Positions 57,362 through 64,000 of a DNA stretch of 64,000 nt are shown piece by piece. The notes below the pieces were generated by a model. The model did not search any database and was not told where the DNA came from. It was given only the letters and a program-made list of their open reading frames with translations. A program made the position numbers and the translations under genes. Within the stretch, counting starts at the first letter, position 1. Each line of letters opens with the position of its first letter. Location of the stretch: positions 206,182 through 270,181 of the IMG/VR virus record IMGVR_UViG_3300024503_000015, one strand, 5' to 3'.

Positions 57362-58066
57362 ATGTCAACAATTATAGCCACCTTGGTGATGGTTCAAATC
57401 ACCATAGCCTGTGTTACCCTTTATCTTCATAGAGGACAAACACACAGAGCAGTAACATTCCATCCAGCAGTAAATCACTTCATGCGTTTTTGGCTTTGGC
57501 TTACAACAGGTATGGTTACCAAGCAATGGGTAGCAATACATCGCAAACATCATCAAGCCAGCGATACAGATTTAGATCCGCACAGTCCACAAGTTTACGG
57601 TATTAAAACTGTGCTATTCAAAGGCTGGAGTTTATATCACTCTGCCAGTAAAGATACCGCAATGGTTGAAAAGTTAGGAGTAGGTACTCCTGATGATTGG
57701 CTAGAGCGTAATGTTTACACCCTACACAGCCGCCTTGGAATTCTCTTAATGTTAGTCATAGACTTATTGTTCTTTGGTCCTTGGGGTATTCTTGTGTGGG
57801 GCATTCAAATGATATGGATTCCATTCTGGGCCGCTGGTGTTATTAATGGACTGGCACATTGGTGGGGATATCGTAATACTGACACCAAAGACACTAGCCG
57901 TAACTTATGGCCTTGGGCTATTTGGATCGGTGGTGAGGAACTACATAACAATCATCATGCCGATGGGGCCAATGCTAGTTTCCGTCAACGTTGGTTTGAA
58001 TTAGATATCGGTTGGATCTATATTAAGGTACTACGCTTCTTTAACCTTGCACAGGTTAGGAATTAA
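57362..58066 (+). CDS. Delta-9-type fatty acid desaturase
   Basis: His boxes HRGQTH, HRKHH and HNNHH. Confidence 0.9.
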   Translation: MSTIIATLVMVQITIACVTLYLHRGQTHRAVTFHPAVNHFMRFWLWLTTGMVTKQWVAIHRKHHQASDTDLDPHSPQVYGIKTVLFKGWSLYHSASKDTAMVEKLGVGTPDDWLERNVYTLHSRLGILLMLVIDLLFFGPWGILVWGIQMIWIPFWAAGVINGLAHWWGYRNTDTKDTSRNLWPWAIWIGGEELHNNHHADGANASFRQRWFELDIGWIYIKVLRFFNLAQVRN

Positions 58067-58805
58067 CAGCAATAAACTCTGCTTCAGGAATACGTGTCTT
58101 AGTATTCTTACTTCCTAGTACTACTACAATTCTGCGTCCTATTTCTGTATCCAACATCATTACTATGCAACCTCCACTGGCTCTTATGTAGCCAGTTTTG
58201 CTGACAATAAATTCATGACGCTTGCCAATAATTGGATTAGTATTATTAAAGATAAACCACTTTTTCTTTATCTTAATTTTAACCTGCGGTGTGCGTGATG
58301 CTTCAATAATCTCTGCGTAGTTCTTTGCCGCTAGAACTAGTTTAATTAAATCAGTGGCTGTGCTTACATTAAACACACTAAGCCCTGTAGGTTCGACATA
58401 CTTTGTGTCGTGCATACCTAACAGATGTGCTTTAGTATTCATTGCTCTAACACAGGCATCCTTACCATTAGGATAGTATTGACACAGTAGATCAGCCGCT
58501 TTGTTGTCGCTGTGTACTAATGCTAGTTGTATTGTTTCGGCTCGGGTATACTTACCGATTTGTTCATCTAAGTTTTGATTAGCATCTAACACAACCATTG
58601 CCGTCATTAGTTTAGTAATGCTGGCAATACTACGCTGTTGATCTATGTTTTCGCTTTGAATAATTCTGCCGGATTCATCGGCCACGAGCCAGCTCTGAGC
58701 GGTGATAGACAGAGGTTTGGCAGTGGCGGCGCTTGTTTGCCCATGATGTAAAAAGGCAAAAAATACCAATATAGATATAACTCTACACATCTGTCTATTG
58801 TACAC
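58056..58805 (-). CDS. D-Ala-D-Ala peptidase S11 (PBP7-like)
   Basis: SITK, SDN, KTG; signal peptide. Confidence 0.9.
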   Translation of the reverse strand: MYNRQMCRVISILVFFAFLHHGQTSAATAKPLSITAQSWLVADESGRIIQSENIDQQRSIASITKLMTAMVVLDANQNLDEQIGKYTRAETIQLALVHSDNKAADLLCQYYPNGKDACVRAMNTKAHLLGMHDTKYVEPTGLSVFNVSTATDLIKLVLAAKNYAEIIEASRTPQVKIKIKKKWFIFNNTNPIIGKRHEFIVSKTGYIRASGGCIVMMLDTEIGRRIVVVLGSKNTKTRIPEAEFIAVNS

Positions 58806-58826
58806 TCTGCTATAATCTCTGTCAAA

Positions 58827-60878
58827 TTATTTTTCATGTGCTATGAATTCACCATTCCAATTATCTGGAAGGTTCTGTTCTTTCATAAACTCGCAACGTT
58901 CAATCCAGATTTTGTAGTACTTGTCCATTTGTCCACCAAAGTTGCCTTTTAGTTTTTTACACATAGCGGCTGCTTCGTCGAACTTCTTTTGTTTATACAA
59001 GGCATGCATCAACTCGTGCTGTACTTTATCTTTACTGTAATCTTCACCTTTGGTTCTTAATGCTGTATAGATTAAGTCTGCTACAGTTTTGCCTTTAGGT
59101 TGTAAGTTATCTAGCATTAGATAGAAGAAGTCATCTTTAGTACGGTTGTAAGTTTCAGCACCGATGATACATAACACGCCATAGGCCTTACAACGTGCTT
59201 CTAAACGAGCGGCGGTTGAAACCATGTCACCTAAGATGTCGTAACTATGTCTGTCAGTTGATCCCATCTCACCAATAAAGCCAATACCTGAGTTACAACC
59301 CCAACCCATTGCGGCTGGTGGTAAGCCTTGTGCTTCCATTAGTTTAGTATACTCATCAACAGCATCTAACATCTGTAAACCAACAGCAACAATAGTACGG
59401 GCATGATTAGGATCTTCAATCGGAGCACCGTGTATGTGCATACTTGCGTCACCTACATACTTTATGACCATACCCTTGTTGTCCATGATAGGCTGACTAA
59501 TAGCATCCATGTAACCGTTCATATACTTGCCTAATCCAGCAACATCATCACCGTAGTGTTCTCCAATGGGTGTAAAGCCACGCAAGTCACTGAACATAAC
59601 GGATACGTCTTTACGCACACCACGCTTGATTAGGTCTGGATCTTTTTGTAGCATTTCTACTACTTCCTTACTACAGTATCCAGCGAACTGTTTCTTAATT
59701 GCCTGTTTCTGTAAAAACTCGCTTATAAACTTAACGCCATAACAATGAAGAGCAACGATAATAAGGCCAAACGCGATCGCAGTCGCGTCTCCCAAGACGA
59801 GCCAATTATTGAAAGCGTAGATAGTACCAGGAACGATGGCACCAACAATAACCACAGTAGCACCAATGCCAACATAAGTCCACCTCGATAAGAAAATTAA
59901 TAATATGCCAAGTGATACTAATGCTAAAATTTCAACCCCGTCGGCATAGTCGGGACGTTGAATAACAATGCCGTTAACCATTGTACCAATTACTGCGGCC
60001 TGCACTTCGTGAGGAAATACAGCACCTTTGCTTGTCGGTAACGGATTACTAATACCAGCGGCAGTAGGACCTACAATAACGACGGCGCCACCTAAATCTT
60101 TTGGAAGTTTAACAGCACTAACGCTATGAGCTTCTTGGCTCCAATCGATCCAAATTCTTCCTAAACTATCTGTAGCAATAGGACCAAACTTTGGAATACG
60201 CATTTTCTCAACGCCGCCTTCAAAAAGTTTTACTTGGAAGGTAGAGTCTCCTGCGGCGACTCTAAGTGTCTCTAAACTCAATGCTGGATATAATTTGCCG
60301 TCTACAGTAACAATTAACGGCATGCGGCGATTAACACCATCTACTTCTGGAAGTGTTCCTGTAATGCCAACACCTGCGGCATTTTGTTCTAGTTGAGGAA
60401 CGTTGGCGATTAGTCCCGGGTATTGAATAATTTGATCTAGATGTTCTGGACCTAGTACAGCCGATCCTGGAACACGTGGTGTATTCTTTGTTTTCTGTGC
60501 TGGCGCACTTCCTAGTACTACAGGGAACTCTTTTAGAGTTTGTCCTAGCGCACCATCTCCACCAGTACGATCTGTCTCTGGCATAAGAACATTAAGTACA
60601 ACAAGTCCTGCATTTCTTTGGTATAGTTCCTTCACAAGTTTAGCATATTCTGCTCTTGGTAAGGGCCACTGACCATATTTGTCTAACGTGGCTTCGTCGA
60701 TATTTACAGTAACTATGTTGTTAACTGTAACTTCTTTACTTGTAATTAATGTGTCAAAATAACGTAGTCTTACGCTTTCAACAAATGTAGGATCTGCAAC
60801 TCTGACACCAACAACTAGTGCTAGAGTTAGTAAAGCAGTCCATGGACTTACTAGTATTTTTTTGAATTGTATTTTCAT
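58827..60878 (-). CDS. CHASE2-domain class III adenylate/guanylate cyclase
   Basis: IDE..GQWP.PR, DGVNRR, three TM helices, FSDLRGFT, KYVGD, GDMVSTAARLE. Confidence 0.9.
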   Translation of the reverse strand: MKIQFKKILVSPWTALLTLALVVGVRVADPTFVESVRLRYFDTLITSKEVTVNNIVTVNIDEATLDKYGQWPLPRAEYAKLVKELYQRNAGLVVLNVLMPETDRTGGDGALGQTLKEFPVVLGSAPAQKTKNTPRVPGSAVLGPEHLDQIIQYPGLIANVPQLEQNAAGVGITGTLPEVDGVNRRMPLIVTVDGKLYPALSLETLRVAAGDSTFQVKLFEGGVEKMRIPKFGPIATDSLGRIWIDWSQEAHSVSAVKLPKDLGGAVVIVGPTAAGISNPLPTSKGAVFPHEVQAAVIGTMVNGIVIQRPDYADGVEILALVSLGILLIFLSRWTYVGIGATVVIVGAIVPGTIYAFNNWLVLGDATAIAFGLIIVALHCYGVKFISEFLQKQAIKKQFAGYCSKEVVEMLQKDPDLIKRGVRKDVSVMFSDLRGFTPIGEHYGDDVAGLGKYMNGYMDAISQPIMDNKGMVIKYVGDASMHIHGAPIEDPNHARTIVAVGLQMLDAVDEYTKLMEAQGLPPAAMGWGCNSGIGFIGEMGSTDRHSYDILGDMVSTAARLEARCKAYGVLCIIGAETYNRTKDDFFYLMLDNLQPKGKTVADLIYTALRTKGEDYSKDKVQHELMHALYKQKKFDEAAAMCKKLKGNFGGQMDKYYKIWIERCEFMKEQNLPDNWNGEFIAHEK

Positions 60879-61411
60879 TTTTTAAATCCTGGCTTTGGTA
60901 AGTGGTTGCGGCCGTAACTAATTCTACTGCCTATAATTTGTTCTAATGCTGTATGTAAGGCTTGTCCTGATAAATGTTTACGCAACCATTTTTCTGCTAA
61001 GTTGTTAATAATCTTTTCATTAGCGTGTGCAAAGCCGCCTTTACTTTTAGCGTGTACATAAGCGTGATATGCTTCGTGGGCCGCAACAGCAACGTCTCGT
61101 GCCGCGGTGCTGTCTAGATTTGGTAAGTTGATACTGCCAACGCCGTCGCCTGTATCCCTAAACATTGGATCTCCGCTACTCTGGTAGACATAATACATTC
61201 CAGGACCTAATTCGTCATCATCGTCAGTTACTCTATCTCTACCTAGAATATTTCTAACTACATCATATGCTGTCCAAAGCGTGGCTGCAGGTTCTCTGCT
61301 TAATTTTGTAGTTGGAAGCATTATTTTATCTTCAGGATCGAAGTCACCATATCTTGCTTTTAAATCGGCGTCACTTGCTTCTGCTTCTTTTATAAATTCT
61401 TTTGCTCTCAT
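60875..61411 (-). CDS. Hypothetical protein with HExxH
   Basis: Start MRAKEFIKE; AAHEAYH. Confidence 0.6.
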   Translation of the reverse strand: MRAKEFIKEAEASDADLKARYGDFDPEDKIMLPTTKLSREPAATLWTAYDVVRNILGRDRVTDDDDELGPGMYYVYQSSGDPMFRDTGDGVGSINLPNLDSTAARDVAVAAHEAYHAYVHAKSKGGFAHANEKIINNLAEKWLRKHLSGQALHTALEQIIGSRISYGRNHLPKPGFKK

Positions 61412-61551
61412 GATCTTGGTGCCGCGCCGTTTCGAGTAGCAGGATCCCATGAGTGGCAACCCTTGGGTCGTCCGTCTTTGTCGCAAAATGCTATTCCGGC
61501 GCAGCCTGCTAAGGTTGTAATAATTGCTAATATTAAGATGTTTTTCAGCAT
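61408..61551 (-). CDS. Small lipoprotein (47 aa, not in ORF track)
   Basis: MLKNILILAIITTLAGC lipobox; ATG 4 nt after TAAATA; ATGA overlap. Confidence 0.65.
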   Translation of the reverse strand: MLKNILILAIITTLAGCAGIAFCDKDGRPKGCHSWDPATRNGAAPRS

Positions 61552-61569
61552 CCAATATTTAGTTAGATT

Positions 61570-63963
61570 TTATTGGCGAACAACTGTGCTACAACCCGCT
61601 GGATTTGTACAACTTTGAATGATGCTAAATGATTTGCCGCCTGTTTGTTGCAGGTCAACACTGGCTGGGCCACCTGCGTTAGTTACATCAATAACTGCTC
61701 TGTTAGCAGTATTTCCTGTTTGTGTCACTAGTGCTGAGTTGTTATTTCCTGTTAGTGTAATATCAGCGAAATGGCCAGCACCGCCAGACTGTGTAGTGTT
61801 TACAGTATTAATATCGCCTGTAACTTTACTGAACAATATGTGATTACCGGTTTGTGTATGATTTACAGTATTACCATTTCCTTGTATTTTAGTTTCAGCA
61901 TAATTTGAACCACTAGCATTTGACTGATTAGTAGTTATGTTATTGCCCCACCCAGGCACTTCTTGCTTTAAGTAGTTACTGCCAGTTTGAGTATTATTAA
62001 CAATATTGTTGTTTCCTTCTAAGGTAAATTCGATTTTGTTCTTAGTACCACTTTGTGTAATAGTTACATTATTGTTAGTACCGTATGTTTGTGTGATGTA
62101 CAATTCGTTATTGTAGTTTTGTGTACCGTTGTTCCAAGTATTAATTCTAGTTTGTTTAACATCTATATCTGCTGGAGGAACGTATGAGCCACCGCTACCT
62201 ATAACTTGATCACCAGGCGCATTTGTTTGTGTAATTGTTCCACCTTCAACTACTGGTCCTAATAAAACTGTTGTACCCGACACGTCAACTACTGCGCTGT
62301 TAGAATAAACAAATCCACTAGTGTCAATTGTATTTGTTTCAGTAATCCACCCTGTAGTAAATGCAGAGTTAGGTACGTTCATACGGCCTGCACCGTAGTC
62401 CCATTGAAAACGTAGTCCATAGCCGCCGGTGTCGTTCCAGTACCATGCTTCAAAATTATAAGTCTGTCCTGCTACTATGTCTATCCAGCCAGACGCTGTA
62501 TAGCCACCTATACTCTGAAGTTGGAATGTAGATCTATCGTTGATAACTGTTTGTCCGTTTACACTCATAACAAATCCGTCATCGCTGTTGCTATAGAAGT
62601 ATAATCTATATACAGTACCTGCAGGATAATTTTGTGTCGTCGGAGCAGTAATCGTTCCGTTGAATCTAACTAAGGTACCAGTGTCCATATTTGGAAAACT
62701 GCCGTTAGTCGGAACATAAACTCCGTTACTAGTTGTACCAATACTAACAGGCTGTCCACCAGGTGGCATATCAGGTACACGATATGGCCCTAACCAGTTT
62801 TTAATACAACCTAACCAACCGCAGTTATAAGTGTAAGGATCGAATTTGTAGACTTTATAGTTTAATCCCTGCTGTATGTTTTGTGTTGTAGTTGTTGCTG
62901 TGCCGTTTGCTTCTATGGTGCTGCCATTAACGCCGGTTGTAGTAACTGTATTAATTGGTGTTGTAGTTGTTGTCAGAACACCGTTTACAATTTTTGTAGT
63001 TACTACGTTAGACGCAACCTTAGTTTGATATACTGCTTCAGTACCATTTGTACTTGTGCTAGTTCCGTCGCTGTAAGTTGTTGTAGTTACAGGTGTGCGA
63101 TAAACAGTAGTTGTATTACCATTAACCACAGTTCTAGTTGTATAAGTTACACTAGTTCCTGTTACTGTAGGAGTCGGAGCAGGAGCCGCACCGGCAGTTG
63201 CGCCCGTGCCAGCATTGGTCACTGACATTGTGTTATTATATCCACCAGCAGTACCACTAGTAGTACCACCAGTAGCACTAGGGCCGCCACCGTTAGCGTT
63301 AGCAACTAAGCCAACTGTACTCGAACCAGGCACTCCATCGCTGTTAACGATACAGGCATTTGATCCGCCCCATGCACCTTGACAAGCACCGAACCCTGGA
63401 TTTGATACCCAACCTTGTGCTGTTATATTATTATAAGGCCCAAACTCCGGGTTATACAATAAGTTGCCGCCGCCATTAAGTTGGAATGTAGGAGCACGAT
63501 ACCAAGGACCATAATCACCTGCCCAGTAACTTCCATCAATACCGTACATACTGACTGTGGCATAGGCTACTTGGCTTGCTTGTGCCGCAGTAAGCGTTGC
63601 ACTGATAGTTACTGTAGTCCAAGGTACCGCAGTATCAATACAAGGATTACCACACACAGCATTTGGGTTTGGTAAGTTAGCAGAGTTAGTTGAGTTTACG
63701 CTAGTGATTAATCCACCACTGCTGTTATAGAACTGTATCTTTACGTTAGCCGTATCACTTTGTCCTGCACGGCCGCCGCCGTTGTGTGCTAGTACACTCA
63801 TTGTAAATGTACCGCCTTGTTGCATATTACTATCAAACACTACTTGTTGACTAATTGTAGTAGTAACATAAGCAGTAGCAATAGCATTATAAGTCACAGC
63901 CTGACTATGTGCGCTAATGCACACAGTTAAAAACACAAGGAACTGTAATAAACGTTTTATCAT
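61570..63963 (-). CDS. Secreted protein with PA14 domain and curlin-like repeats
   Basis: Signal peptide; SDDG (PA14); C-terminal Q.G..N repeats. Confidence 0.8.
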   Translation of the reverse strand: MIKRLLQFLVFLTVCISAHSQAVTYNAIATAYVTTTISQQVVFDSNMQQGGTFTMSVLAHNGGGRAGQSDTANVKIQFYNSSGGLITSVNSTNSANLPNPNAVCGNPCIDTAVPWTTVTISATLTAAQASQVAYATVSMYGIDGSYWAGDYGPWYRAPTFQLNGGGNLLYNPEFGPYNNITAQGWVSNPGFGACQGAWGGSNACIVNSDGVPGSSTVGLVANANGGGPSATGGTTSGTAGGYNNTMSVTNAGTGATAGAAPAPTPTVTGTSVTYTTRTVVNGNTTTVYRTPVTTTTYSDGTSTSTNGTEAVYQTKVASNVVTTKIVNGVLTTTTTPINTVTTTGVNGSTIEANGTATTTTQNIQQGLNYKVYKFDPYTYNCGWLGCIKNWLGPYRVPDMPPGGQPVSIGTTSNGVYVPTNGSFPNMDTGTLVRFNGTITAPTTQNYPAGTVYRLYFYSNSDDGFVMSVNGQTVINDRSTFQLQSIGGYTASGWIDIVAGQTYNFEAWYWNDTGGYGLRFQWDYGAGRMNVPNSAFTTGWITETNTIDTSGFVYSNSAVVDVSGTTVLLGPVVEGGTITQTNAPGDQVIGSGGSYVPPADIDVKQTRINTWNNGTQNYNNELYITQTYGTNNNVTITQSGTKNKIEFTLEGNNNIVNNTQTGSNYLKQEVPGWGNNITTNQSNASGSNYAETKIQGNGNTVNHTQTGNHILFSKVTGDINTVNTTQSGGAGHFADITLTGNNNSALVTQTGNTANRAVIDVTNAGGPASVDLQQTGGKSFSIIQSCTNPAGCSTVVRQ

Positions 63964-64000
63964 TTTTGTATCAAGATAATAATAGTATTACCTCCCTGAT

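Overview
A 64 kb segment of a large, probably jumbo, T4-like phage genome (about 40% GC by eye, standard genetic code, most genes on the minus strand). The host is inferred to be a proteobacterium. The window has virion/tail-fibre genes behind TAAATA late-promoter motifs and many early genes behind near-perfect sigma70 promoters. Recognisable genes include uvsE, queD, two ClpP-family proteases, ATP-dependent DNA ligase, IF-1, an RNA repair set (Pnk, Rnl1, phosphoesterase, CX5R phosphatase), ahpC/ahpD, an outer-membrane beta-barrel, an SPFH protein, rIIA/rIIB, a fatty-acid desaturase, an S11 peptidase, a CHASE2 adenylate cyclase and a curlin-repeat protein. The centre (33.5-41.8 kb) is an RNA-dense island of about 33 tRNAs covering all 20 amino acids. 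It also holds a GOLLD-like giant ncRNA with a nested tRNA, tRNA-like RNAs and about 10 stem-enclosed small RNAs. The main new observation is at the head of this island: an unannotated 53-codon leader ORF that uses all 20 amino acids and overlaps an antiterminator for an intrinsic terminator. This looks like a 'pan-codon' transcription attenuator that would switch on the phage tRNA array when any tRNA becomes limiting. Other notable items are a preQ1-I-like pseudoknot before queD, a two-piece tmRNA, and a CUA-reading tRNA near a gene with an in-frame TAG. All calls were made by eye; no searches were run.
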